Virus record (IMG/VR): IMGVR_UViG_3300021431_000075
Coordinates: 1-64,000 of that record
DNA from: a virus
Lineage: Duplodnaviria; Caudoviricetes
DNA: 64,000 nucleotides
Reading direction: 5' to 3' (one strand)
Positions 27,296-36,525 of this stretch are shown one piece after another; position 1 is the stretch's first letter, and every line of letters starts with the position of its first letter. The notes beneath the pieces were generated by a model. The model was not told the DNA's origin and made no database searches. It saw only the letters and a program-made list of their open reading frames with translations. The position numbers and the translations under genes are program-made.

Positions 27296-29659
27296 TCATT
27301 TCTTGAAAATATAAAACTTCTCGTTGCTTCTCCTTTCTCCGCTCGTCCTGTTGAAATGGCTCTTGCTAACTTTCAACAAATGACATTCCGACCATTCACA
27401 GCAATCAATAAGACCGACCAAGTCTTCCCGGATGACAAGCCCGAACAACTTGCAGTCACTCTCCAGCCAGTTTCTGAGTATCTTGTTCAGAAACGCTTTA
27501 TAATCATCCATATCTTTGAATGATTTCCCATCATAAGACTCGACGTTGTAGTACGGAGGACACATGAACCATGCATCTACATCATCAATCTTCAAGTCTC
27601 TTGCATCGCAGTTCATCACTTCAAGAGAATCTATCCCGAAACGATTCTTCATCTTCTCGACATTCTCACAGACAGACTTGTTAAAATCATTATAGACAAT
27701 CCTGTCACAAGAGAGCATTCCGAGCAAGTGATGTCCCCAGCCCCCACAAACATCATAGACAGACTTCACTTTGAACTTGTTGACAAACCAGTTGGTCCAT
27801 TGCGGATTGAAATGAGAATATCCGTAATGCAGACCGGATTTCTTGAAACCGTCCATCAAGTCCTTGACCGTGAGTTCATATTCTTTCTTTCCAAGATAAT
27901 GAATCCTGTTCTGAATGAGCTTGCGCCGCAAGACCGGATCCCTTGCATAAAGCTCCATCTCTTTCTTATAGAACTCGCAGAACTGAAACGACTTAACGAT
28001 AGAATTTCTCTGATTCAATATGGTCACATCGGACAACTTCTTGACATGCATGCTCTTGTAATAAGAAAACTCGTTATCGAGACCTTCATCATCGAAAACA
28101 ATCGGACATGTGCCTTGCAAACAATGAATGAACAACTGAATCTGCCTGATAATGTCTTCTTCATCATGGAACGAATAGATTTCAAGATAGTTCAAGTTCT
28201 TGTCACGCGCTTCTTCTCTCTTCTTGACATCAAGTTCAGCCCAGACATATGCTATGGTCGAAAACTGCGACTTCTGCCCGGTCTCGTTCTCTTGTTCTTT
28301 CGCTTTACCAATCAATGATTCAAGTTCGGCATTGTCTTCTTCTGTATTCAAGAAAGCGCGCTCATGATGGAATTGAGAACCCTGATATTCGATGTACAAG
28401 TCATAGTCGGGAAGATAGAAATCAACATTGTAGTTGAACCGGGACTTGTCCATCTTCTCGTTGTCTATGTTGTAGAAACGGGATATGATTTCCCGGACCT
28501 GCTTCTCTCGATCAGATGTCGCATATTTGGAGTTCTCGTTCAACTTCTTGACAGCAAGTTCCCTTATTTCAGGAAGCATGAACGTGGTCTTGACTCCGTA
28601 ACGCTCCATGAACGTATTGGCTGTCTTGTCCTTAACCGATTGGCACTGTGTCGGATGAATAGTGCCGTAGTTCTTAAGAAACGTCTCGTTTCTATGCTCG
28701 ATGACATCCTTGCGCTGTGCCGATGCAGCTACACCGTACTTCTCCTTGTACATCTGCTGGTGCTTCTCTGAATCATAAACGCCGCGCGTTCCCCAGACCT
28801 TCTCGCAAGTATCGAATCGCTTCTCCTGTGTCTTCTCGTCAAGACCGGCACAAGACTGGCAGCAATGAGTCCGCATCATGAGCGACTTCTTCCCCACCCA
28901 GACGACAGGCTTGTTGCAACCTTCGCGTGCGCAAATCGGCTTCTTCTCGATGCCAAAGCGGATTCTCTGCACAGTTTCAAGCAATGAACTTGAATCATCA
29001 TAGCGGTTCTTCAAATAGTTGATGATGATTGGGTTCGTTAGCATATTGACAAACTTGTCATACTTTATGTACTTCTTGACAATATCGTCATTTATTTCAA
29101 TTACAGTTGCTTGCCATTCAACGAACTTCTTGTCTCTGGATTCTGATATGCTTGAGGAACCTGTCATCTTGATAGCCCTGCGCTTTGCGTCGCAAGCCTT
29201 GTCGCCACACGTTAGCCAGTAACCTTTTGATAGTTCGTTTCTTGTGTTCCATTTAAGTTTCTTTCCGCAGAACTTGCATCTCTGGACTTCTTTCAAATCA
29301 TGGATTAAATAATAGAAACGCTCGGAAATTGTAGGGTTGTATTCGTCAAGGAATGATGTAGCATCCCGGACTTGCTTTGATAATGATTCCAAATTACTGA
29401 TTCTTATTAACAACAACCTGTTATCATACTCGCCATGCTTATACTTCTGGAGAATTGATTGCAAACTGCAATTAGTGCAAGGTGAACCATCTTTTATACA
29501 AGCAGTTATGAACATTTGATGAGTTAATGTAACTACATTTTTACAACGATTGCACTGAAAAGTTATATCAGTTGGAGTGATGTTTAAAACTGAACAGTTG
29601 CTTTCTTGTGCATAGTTCGTTAATAACTCATATAATTCAATATCTTGTGTTTGTTCCAT
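27296..29659 (-). CDS. Homing-endonuclease-like nuclease (Zn-ribbons, xxKYG repeats, PD-(D/E)xK) fused to amino-DNA methyltransferase
   Basis: CxxC pairs; EKVWG/EKYG/KNYG/ERYG repeats; VDFYLPDYDLYIEYQGSQFHH; C-terminal VYDVCGGWG (motif I) and FMCPPYYNVE (motif IV); host-type TAACTTTG at 29686-29693 (-). Confidence 0.75.
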   Translation of the reverse strand: MEQTQDIELYELLTNYAQESNCSVLNITPTDITFQCNRCKNVVTLTHQMFITACIKDGSPCTNCSLQSILQKYKHGEYDNRLLLIRISNLESLSKQVRDATSFLDEYNPTISERFYYLIHDLKEVQRCKFCGKKLKWNTRNELSKGYWLTCGDKACDAKRRAIKMTGSSSISESRDKKFVEWQATVIEINDDIVKKYIKYDKFVNMLTNPIIINYLKNRYDDSSSLLETVQRIRFGIEKKPICAREGCNKPVVWVGKKSLMMRTHCCQSCAGLDEKTQEKRFDTCEKVWGTRGVYDSEKHQQMYKEKYGVAASAQRKDVIEHRNETFLKNYGTIHPTQCQSVKDKTANTFMERYGVKTTFMLPEIRELAVKKLNENSKYATSDREKQVREIISRFYNIDNEKMDKSRFNYNVDFYLPDYDLYIEYQGSQFHHERAFLNTEEDNAELESLIGKAKEQENETGQKSQFSTIAYVWAELDVKKREEARDKNLNYLEIYSFHDEEDIIRQIQLFIHCLQGTCPIVFDDEGLDNEFSYYKSMHVKKLSDVTILNQRNSIVKSFQFCEFYKKEMELYARDPVLRRKLIQNRIHYLGKKEYELTVKDLMDGFKKSGLHYGYSHFNPQWTNWFVNKFKVKSVYDVCGGWGHHLLGMLSCDRIVYNDFNKSVCENVEKMKNRFGIDSLEVMNCDARDLKIDDVDAWFMCPPYYNVESYDGKSFKDMDDYKAFLNKILRNWLESDCKLFGLVIREDLVGLIDCCEWSECHLLKVSKSHFNRTSGERRSNEKFYIFKK

Positions 29660-29914
29660 CTTAAACAATTTTAATTATCTTTATGCAAAGTTACGAAAAA
29701 ATATTCAATTATAAATTTTTTTGCATAATTTGTACTCTTTTTTTTTGATTTATTCAAAATAATTGTTTAAAATTTATTAACATTTTAACAAAAAGTGTTA
29801 ATTTTTGTATAATAAAATAATTATCATATTTTTCTTATTTCATAATAAATTATTCAGAATAATCATTTAACATATTTTAACATTTTTAACATTTCAAACT
29901 TATACAACAAAAAG

Positions 29915-29944
29915 AAAAGTGCTGGACTTTCATCCAGCACTTTT
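29915..29944 (-). terminator. Intrinsic terminator after the capsid gene
   Basis: Perfect 12-bp stem aaaagtgctgga-ctttca-tccagcactttt. Confidence 0.85.
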
Positions 29945-29976
29945 CACTTATTTTGCGTCTTATAATTCGCTTGTTT

Positions 29977-31944
29977 TTAGAGACCTGCAGGGTCCACTAC
30001 AAACGTAACATACTGTGTTTCAGGGAAGTAACCTGCATCGACCAGTGCATATCTTGATTTAACCATTAACTTCGGAGCCATAGTTGCCTCTGCTATTGTA
30101 CGGTAGGTTTCTGCGAGTACATAAGGCATAAAATGACAACCAGGTTCATCCTTGCCACCCTTGCGACCTACGAGTACACGAGTATCCTGAGCGTTCATCA
30201 ATGGGTCAACATAAATTGTCATACCGCACATTGTGCCGATTGGATAAAGAGAACCACCGTTCTGGCTGATGTTGTTAGCCAATGGGCTAAACTGATACTG
30301 TGCATTAGTCTGCAAGAGAGTTGCGATAGTGATGTTAGTTACTGCGAATGTAGCAGCACCATAACGACCGCGCTGGAGAATCCAGTTAGAAGCAGCCAAG
30401 AAGTTGCTCTGAATTCTCTTGATGAGAGTGTCACGGTTCTCGAAGCTTGCACCAGCAGGCAAGAACAATGGCTTGAATGGAAGTGCAACGTTCACCTGAT
30501 TAGCATACTCAACACCGTCTTCTGTAGTCATGCTGTTCTGAGGAATAGCAAATGCAGGAGTCATACGGAGAGGACTGCCCGGAGTATAAGAAGGGTCGAG
30601 AGAAATGTTAAGGTTAGCAGTTGGACCTTCAACTTCTACCATCTTGTAGTGGTTCTTCCAACCGAGAGCAAAGAGGCGGCTTGTGATGTGACGGTTGATA
30701 GTCTGAGAGAGATCATTAACAGCTGCGTTCTCAACCATCTTCACAACATCGATACCCCACTGCTTCTGGAGGTCAGTAACCTGCTCCTGAGTAACAGCGC
30801 AACCAACTTCGATAGTACCAACGCTCACGTTCTTAGTGAACAACTTGAGGCTGATCTGACGTGCAGGAGTCTGCTCGCCGACGCCGCGGCTCATTGGCTC
30901 GTAGAGAGTAGTACCGTCCTGATATGTGCCGTACCATGCATCGCGGTCATGTTCGCCAGCACCTGCGAAGCCCTGAATCTGGTCTTCAAGCATGGAGATG
31001 AGGCGTGGAGCCACGAGAGTAACTTCCTTGGTTTCCTCTTCTGTTGCACCAACTGGAGTGTAAACAGTAGTGAAAGTGAGCTGACCCTGTGCGAAGTAAG
31101 CACCGAGAGACTGTGTACCAGCGATAACCTTGAACATTGGGTCGCCGTCGATACGAGACCAGCCGATGAACTCAACGATAAGGTCGCCATCCTCGCCGAA
31201 GTGGTTGTGGTTGATAGAAGTATCAACTGCCTGACCAGCAGCAGCAACGAAAGTAGCGCCAGCAGGAACTGCGGTAGCACCCTTCAGGCTACGCTTGATA
31301 GCAGCAGGAGAAAGAGTGACAGTCTCGCCAGTGGAAGCATCCTCGAGTTCAGCAGGAGCGATAGAAGCCTTGAATGCATGAGGCAAACCATAAACTTCGT
31401 AAGCAGCGTTAGTCTGGCTGTTAGCACGAGGGTTAGCATTCTGTGGAGAATAAGCTGGAGAGTCGCCATAAGGAGCCTTGCTACCAGTGTAAACATAGTC
31501 CATATAAGGAAGAACGCCTGTAGGACCAGAGAGCGGAGTCGTGTTCACGAGCTCGAAGCCGATGGTCTTAGCGGCAACCTTGAGAGCGATAGGGAGCAGA
31601 GTGTTCCACTTGTCGCCGGAACCAAGGTTAGTTGGGTCAGCCTGCTGTGCGCCGGTCATGGTAACAGGAGCAGTGCGAGGGTCGCCCACGCCAGTGGTGT
31701 TGTAAAGGGTGTTGTATGGCTGATAAGTGCCACCCATTGCAGAATAAGCGTTAGCGCCATTCTGGAATGCATCCTCGTTCAGCTTTGCAGTGTTGTGTGC
31801 AAGTGCAGCCATCCACTCAAGCTTCTCAGGATCGTTTACGCCAGTGATCTTCTTAATAGTTGGAGTCCAAGCCTCGGTAATCGCATGGTTGGTACCATTG
31901 ATTGCCTTGTAAGAAGCGGCCAATTTATTAGTTTTGATCTTCAT
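29977..31944 (-). CDS. gp23: Major capsid protein, T4 gp23-like (655 aa)
   Basis: TPLSGPTG..., TQEQVTDLQKQWGID, INRHI, IYVDP...VLVGRKG, FMPY, APKLMVKSRYAL; strong high-expression codon bias; start at ATG 31944 after an A-rich leader; LNE57 maturation-like site. Confidence 0.92.
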   Translation of the reverse strand: MKIKTNKLAASYKAINGTNHAITEAWTPTIKKITGVNDPEKLEWMAALAHNTAKLNEDAFQNGANAYSAMGGTYQPYNTLYNTTGVGDPRTAPVTMTGAQQADPTNLGSGDKWNTLLPIALKVAAKTIGFELVNTTPLSGPTGVLPYMDYVYTGSKAPYGDSPAYSPQNANPRANSQTNAAYEVYGLPHAFKASIAPAELEDASTGETVTLSPAAIKRSLKGATAVPAGATFVAAAGQAVDTSINHNHFGEDGDLIVEFIGWSRIDGDPMFKVIAGTQSLGAYFAQGQLTFTTVYTPVGATEEETKEVTLVAPRLISMLEDQIQGFAGAGEHDRDAWYGTYQDGTTLYEPMSRGVGEQTPARQISLKLFTKNVSVGTIEVGCAVTQEQVTDLQKQWGIDVVKMVENAAVNDLSQTINRHITSRLFALGWKNHYKMVEVEGPTANLNISLDPSYTPGSPLRMTPAFAIPQNSMTTEDGVEYANQVNVALPFKPLFLPAGASFENRDTLIKRIQSNFLAASNWILQRGRYGAATFAVTNITIATLLQTNAQYQFSPLANNISQNGGSLYPIGTMCGMTIYVDPLMNAQDTRVLVGRKGGKDEPGCHFMPYVLAETYRTIAEATMAPKLMVKSRYALVDAGYFPETQYVTFVVDPAGL

Positions 31945-32392
31945 TTTTTTATAACTTAGATTTTTTGATTTGGTCTTGTTTTTCATGTTCGTTCGGCATC
32001 TGCCTGCGTGTTCTTCTTTTACAGCCCGTGTTCTCAACCAGCTTCCGTTCTTGCCGGCTTTCAGCCGCGCAATCTTCTTCTTCAAGGCAGACTTGAACAT
32101 CTTTCCAAAGACCGTTGAAATATCGTTGTATCCAGAAAGGATTCTTTATGTTAATCGAACCATGTTCTCACGCCCGCGTCCCATTCCGCTTTTCCAGTCC
32201 AGCCTGTTATCGGGACCGCTCTTCCATTCTTGCGTAACTTCTTTTATTTGGCGAAGTTGTATGCCGGATTCCGGGTTTCCATTCTCTTGATAGCGCATTC
32301 TCATTTTCCATGCTTCTCGTCAGGATGTCCGGTGGCGCGTGTTCCACGCTTGGCATGATTCAGATTCTACTGAAAGACCGATATTGTTAAAT
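31945..32392 (-). ncRNA. Candidate long structured 5' leader / ncRNA upstream of the capsid gene
   Basis: About 450 nt, GC-richer than other intergenic DNA, no credible ORF, starts right after GATAAATA (32393-32400). Confidence 0.45.
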
Positions 32393-32503
32393 TATTTATC
32401 AATGCGTAAAATGCCAAAAAATCGGTTTAATCATTGAAAAATCGTGAAAAATCGACCTTTTTAGACACGTTTTGCATAGATAACCCCTAAAAAGAACCAG
32501 AAA

Positions 32504-32779
32504 TCAGTGTTTTTCTTGTTCATTTGCAAGTGAATCTTTTGCTTTGGTTGTGGCTGCAATATCCAGAATGCTTGCCGAGTCAACAGGATACCTTGCGTCT
32601 ATGAGTTCCCTGACGCTTCGGACTTCCGTCCTCAGGTTCTCGATTGAGTTGTAAGTGCGGGGGTTCGTCACGAAATTCTGCCATGCGATGCTCAGCGTTA
32701 TGAATATGATTATCGCGACTGACAGGACACATGAGCACGTGTTGTAGCACTTTTTTGGTTGTTCGCTTGTGTCAATCAT
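32504..32779 (-). CDS. Small single-pass membrane protein
   Basis: Hydrophobic VLSVAIIIFITLSIAW; GATAAATA at 32882-32889 (-). Confidence 0.65.
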   Translation of the reverse strand: MIDTSEQPKKCYNTCSCVLSVAIIIFITLSIAWQNFVTNPRTYNSIENLRTEVRSVRELIDARYPVDSASILDIAATTKAKDSLANEQEKH

Positions 32780-32981
32780 TTCATTTTGAATGTTATATTT
32801 GTTAAACGAGCTAAGAACTGAAAGTTTTATCTCAAAAAAACTTCATATTGATAACTTTTGTCGATTTCGTCCTTCTAAAACTATTTATCATTGTGGTGTT
32901 TTTGCAGAATTAAAAAGAAAAATAGCGTCAATTTCAAGGAACTTTTCTGATGTTCATTGAAAAAGACGCAGTTTTTTGTGG

Positions 32982-33488
32982 CTACTGGTTGTTCTCGCTT
33001 GCCGGATTGAAATTCTCATATGACTCGACAAGATGACCAATCATCTTCTCGTATGTCTCCTTGACGAACTGGCAGTCGTCCTTAAGGACCTTGAGCTGAT
33101 TCAAGGACTTGTCATCCGGATGGTTTCTCGACACATAGTCGATTTCTATGTCAATCATTCGCTCGTAGTTCTCGAACATCGTGCGGATCTGCTTCTGCAG
33201 CATCTTTGTCGAGATGACCACGTTGGAGACGTCATAGACATAACGGTCGTAGAATACAGTCGTCTTGCACTTCTCGTTAAGTTCGCTGATTTCAGCCCTG
33301 ACATCTTCCATGTCATAAGACATATAAATACGCTGCGTCACGAAGTACAGGCCGCCGAAAGCGACGACCACGATGAGCAGGTTCCTGAGCCAGACCGGCA
33401 TTCCGTCAAAGAACTTTTTCCCGAAGCTCGTGATTTTCTTGCCGAAACCGTCAGGAATCTTCACCACGAGATTCTTGATGTCTAACAT
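32982..33488 (-). CDS. Single-pass membrane protein with coiled-coil C-terminus
   Basis: LLIVVVAFGGLYFV transmembrane segment; GATAAATA at 33550-33557 (-). Confidence 0.7.
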   Translation of the reverse strand: MLDIKNLVVKIPDGFGKKITSFGKKFFDGMPVWLRNLLIVVVAFGGLYFVTQRIYMSYDMEDVRAEISELNEKCKTTVFYDRYVYDVSNVVISTKMLQKQIRTMFENYERMIDIEIDYVSRNHPDDKSLNQLKVLKDDCQFVKETYEKMIGHLVESYENFNPASENNQ

Positions 33489-33614
33489 TTTGGTGAATAA
33501 GATAACTTTTGTTTTAGATTAGCGTTAAAAGGCGTTCCAGCCGTTTCATTATTTATCATCATGCACAAACGGAAAGAGGCAGAAAATCCGTATACATTAT
33601 ATAGAAGCAGAGAA

Positions 33615-33631
33615 AATAAATATCTTATAAT
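33615..33631 (+). promoter_or_regulatory. Phage promoter AATAAATATCTTATAAT
   Basis: Exact extended motif. Confidence 0.8.
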
Positions 33632-33662
33632 AAAGAAATCACAAACAACCCAGATTTAGGCA

Positions 33663-34403
33663 ATGACACAAAAGGAAATGCTAAAGTGGCTGAAGAACGA
33701 GGTCACGATGTCGGGAACCATCAGCATATCAATAACCGACGCGGAGTACGAGCGAATCATGGACAAGGAAATCCAGATGGTGTACCAGCTGTATCCTGTG
33801 GCTGCGAAGCACCAGTTCTTCATCATCCATCCGCAGCAGTTCAGGACGCCGGAGTTCAGAAGGAACAGGACCATCCAGTTTCCGGACTGCGTCCTGCAGG
33901 TGTCGAGATTCGAGGAGATGAGGAACCGCAACATGATATACGGATTTGCGGACCCGGACTTCGCGTTCAACAAAACGTTCATGGCTGACATGTGGATAGG
34001 CTCGATGATGAACCTCGACTCGACGATGTTCAGAACCCTGCAGTGGTCGATAGCGGACCAGCTCAAGCAGTTCACGCTCATAGACATCAAGCATGTTTAC
34101 AACGAGGCTGACCACACGCTGCTCGTGACAGGTCACGACCCGCACGTCCCTGTCTATTGCGAGGTCTATACGAAAGTTCCTGCAACCGAACTGTACGACG
34201 ACCCTTGGGTTAGGCAATGGATTGCAGCGAAATGCAAGCTGAACGTGGCAAAGACCATCGGAACGTTCACGTCGAACCTGATAGGCGGAGTTACGGTAAA
34301 CTACAACATATACACGGAAGAGGCGAACAACGACATCAACGACTGCAAGGAATGGTGGAAGAACCTGCGTGACGAGAACCACTTCTTCTACACGACTCCG
34401 TAA
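33663..34403 (+). CDS. gp13: Neck / head-completion protein, T4 gp13-like
   Basis: ISITDAEY N-terminus and WVRQWIAAKCK...F...LIGGVTVN...IY.EA C-terminus. Confidence 0.75.
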   Translation: MTQKEMLKWLKNEVTMSGTISISITDAEYERIMDKEIQMVYQLYPVAAKHQFFIIHPQQFRTPEFRRNRTIQFPDCVLQVSRFEEMRNRNMIYGFADPDFAFNKTFMADMWIGSMMNLDSTMFRTLQWSIADQLKQFTLIDIKHVYNEADHTLLVTGHDPHVPVYCEVYTKVPATELYDDPWVRQWIAAKCKLNVAKTIGTFTSNLIGGVTVNYNIYTEEANNDINDCKEWWKNLRDENHFFYTTP

Positions 34404-34434
34404 TTGCCGAGCAGCGTTCTGACTGTCATTTGAT

Positions 34435-34451
34435 GATAAATATCTTATAAT
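34435..34451 (+). promoter_or_regulatory. Phage promoter GATAAATATCTTATAAT
   Basis: Exact extended motif. Confidence 0.8.
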
Positions 34452-34477
34452 AGAGAAAATACGACACATTATATATA

Positions 34478-34858
34478 ATGAGAAAACTTACACTTGAACA
34501 GCTTGACGCATATGCAAAAAGACTTTCTTCCGGACAGGTTGGAAAATTGTACGAGTCTTTCACCGGAACAAAGCACGTGGGCTACATCGCGGAAACAGCA
34601 GGCATCGACGAGAACAAGTTCTACACCGTATATCTTCCGCTGACTGCGTTCCCGAATGACATTGACGAGTCAGACTTCCTCATCGCCCTGAAGAAAATCA
34701 AGTACGACGACATCCAGTACAAGCAGACACAGACCGGACTTTATGCATACACGGAGCATTGCGACACGTACATCAAGATTCTTGAACTGATTAGGGACCT
34801 TGGCTATGCTGGATATGCAGACAAGGTTGAACCGGGCTACGAAGAATATCTTCAATAA
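34478..34858 (+). CDS. Hypothetical protein, possible internal head protein
   Basis: LYES and IAE sites near the N-terminus; phage promoter. Confidence 0.6.
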   Translation: MRKLTLEQLDAYAKRLSSGQVGKLYESFTGTKHVGYIAETAGIDENKFYTVYLPLTAFPNDIDESDFLIALKKIKYDDIQYKQTQTGLYAYTEHCDTYIKILELIRDLGYAGYADKVEPGYEEYLQ

Positions 34859-34876
34859 AAACTAAACTGATATTTT

Positions 34877-35587
34877 ATGGGAATATTGGTTAGAAAGAAA
34901 AGGCTGTTCGAAGATGGGCAGCCGAACGGCAACCAGCCGCAGACAAACATTCCGCAGCAGACGACACCCAACGCCAACGGCGGCGGGGGCAACCAGCCAC
35001 AGACAAACAATCCGCAGCAGACGACACCGTACGACAACAGTCAATCTGGCGGTAACCAGCCACAGACAAACATTCCACAGGAGACGACACCGAACGACAA
35101 CGGGCAGCACGGCAACCAGCCGCAGACAAATCAGAAGCAAACGCCAGCAGCCGAGTTGAACACAAAAGTCCAAAACTGCGTGAACTTCCTCTCGCAGACT
35201 GTCGGAAAGAACGATCCGTTCGCACTAATGACATTAAACATCCCTGACAAAATCAAGGAGATGGTTCCGGAATTCAAGGCAGAGAACCCGAAAGCGAAGG
35301 ATGCGATTGGAGCCTGGGACAAGTTCAAGGCACAGCCATCCAAAGAGACATGGGACTCCTTTGTCAACATGTTCGTCGCTTTCGGAAACAGCGGGCTTGA
35401 AGAAGAGAAGAACAAGGTGAACCCGCAGCCAGCCACGACGCCGCAGGCAACGCAGGCAGTCCAGCAGACCATGCAGGGCGAAAGCATGAACCTCAACTTC
35501 TCTCACATGCTGAACGAGAGAATCGAGCTCAAGAAGAACATAAGGACAATCTGCAGAAGCATCGAGGACACTTATCTGGACGACTAA
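34877..35587 (+). CDS. Q/N/P/T-rich repeat protein, possible prohead core/internal protein
   Basis: LFE and LNE sites; GNQPQTN repeats. Confidence 0.65.
   Translation: MGILVRKKRLFEDGQPNGNQPQTNIPQQTTPNANGGGGNQPQTNNPQQTTPYDNSQSGGNQPQTNIPQETTPNDNGQHGNQPQTNQKQTPAAELNTKVQNCVNFLSQTVGKNDPFALMTLNIPDKIKEMVPEFKAENPKAKDAIGAWDKFKAQPSKETWDSFVNMFVAFGNSGLEEEKNKVNPQPATTPQATQAVQQTMQGESMNLNFSHMLNERIELKKNIRTICRSIEDTYLDD
34928..35131 (+). repeat. 60-63 bp coding tandem repeat x3.3 (GNQPQTNxPQxTTP)
   Basis: Units start at 34928, 34988, 35051, 35111. Confidence 0.9.
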
Positions 35588-35611
35588 TCCAGCAAACGAC
35601 ACCGATAAAAA

Positions 35612-36430
35612 ATGAAGAAAAAAATATTTGACATAAGAGCCGGTCACTACATCCTGACAGAAGATGACTCGAGTTCAGCATCAACTGACACGACGCAACA
35701 GACAGGCAGCGAGAACAAGCCGCAGGACCAGCCGAAGCAGCAGAATGCAGTGATGAACAAGTCTGTCGAGTCAAGTCCGGACATACAGAAAGTCAACGCA
35801 GCAGTAGAAGCCGAGAACAAACGGTACTCCGACAGCAAGGCTCATGCACAGACAACATACACGACGCAGAAGACAGCCGCCGAGGATGCAATCAACAAGG
35901 CTCTTGCCGATGCCGGTCGCCAGTATGCGGAAACTTCATTCGACTCGGTACAGACGAACCCGGCAGTCATCACGGCAAAGAAGAACATGCTCGACCTTGA
36001 GCTGAAATATGCAGAAGCGATGGCTAAACTGGAAGTCGACCATGCAAGGAACATCCACAGAATCGAGAACGAAAGACTGCAGATTTTCAGCAAGATGAAC
36101 AACGAGAGCATCAACAGGCTCCCTCTGAAGTACAGAAGGTTCCTAAACGAGAGCAACATTCATCAGGCAAAAATATACATGGGAAATCTGGTCCAGAACG
36201 ACGACGAGCACATCATCAAGGACATGAACGACTTCAAGAGAGTATTCCGCGACTCCGCTCTTGTATATGGAAAGGACAAGAACGGATACTATACGCTGTG
36301 CATCGATCAGGAAGACTTCGACAAGCTGTACAACACGCTGCAGGAAGCAGGCTATATGCGTGACGAGATTTTCGCGGTCGTGATGCCGCAGGTTCTTGAC
36401 AGGAGCTCGATGATTGACTCGAAGAAATAA
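35612..36430 (+). CDS. Coiled-coil protein, possible prohead core/scaffold-like
   Basis: ILTE and FLNE sites; helical A/K/E-rich middle. Confidence 0.6.
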   Translation: MKKKIFDIRAGHYILTEDDSSSASTDTTQQTGSENKPQDQPKQQNAVMNKSVESSPDIQKVNAAVEAENKRYSDSKAHAQTTYTTQKTAAEDAINKALADAGRQYAETSFDSVQTNPAVITAKKNMLDLELKYAEAMAKLEVDHARNIHRIENERLQIFSKMNNESINRLPLKYRRFLNESNIHQAKIYMGNLVQNDDEHIIKDMNDFKRVFRDSALVYGKDKNGYYTLCIDQEDFDKLYNTLQEAGYMRDEIFAVVMPQVLDRSSMIDSKK

Positions 36431-36454
36431 GCATTATTGATAATAACATATTTC

Positions 36455-36503
36455 AGACTCTTGAACTCTGAACATCGCATACAGAAGTTCAAGAGTCTTT
36501 TTT
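36455..36503 (+). terminator. Intrinsic terminator
   Basis: agactcttgaact...agttcaagagtct followed by a T-run. Confidence 0.8.
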
Positions 36504-36525
36504 GAAAAACTTGAAACATCGAAAA

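Noticed and set aside
30133-31959. 608-aa antisense ORF opposite the capsid gene
   Set aside because: In register with the capsid codons and explained by absence of TTA/CTA/TCA codons; no protein-like motifs
31945-32100. 52-aa N-terminal extension of the capsid protein in the ORF track
   Set aside because: Codon usage and composition differ from the gene body; ATG 31944 has the typical A-rich context
33656-34469. Overlapping antisense and alternate-frame ORFs over the neck gene, and similar short shadow ORFs throughout
   Set aside because: Shadows of GC-richer coding sequence; no promoter context or recognisable motifs
34928-35131. CRISPR-like spacing of 60-63 bp repeats
   Set aside because: In-frame coding repeats whose intervening parts are also similar; no cas genes
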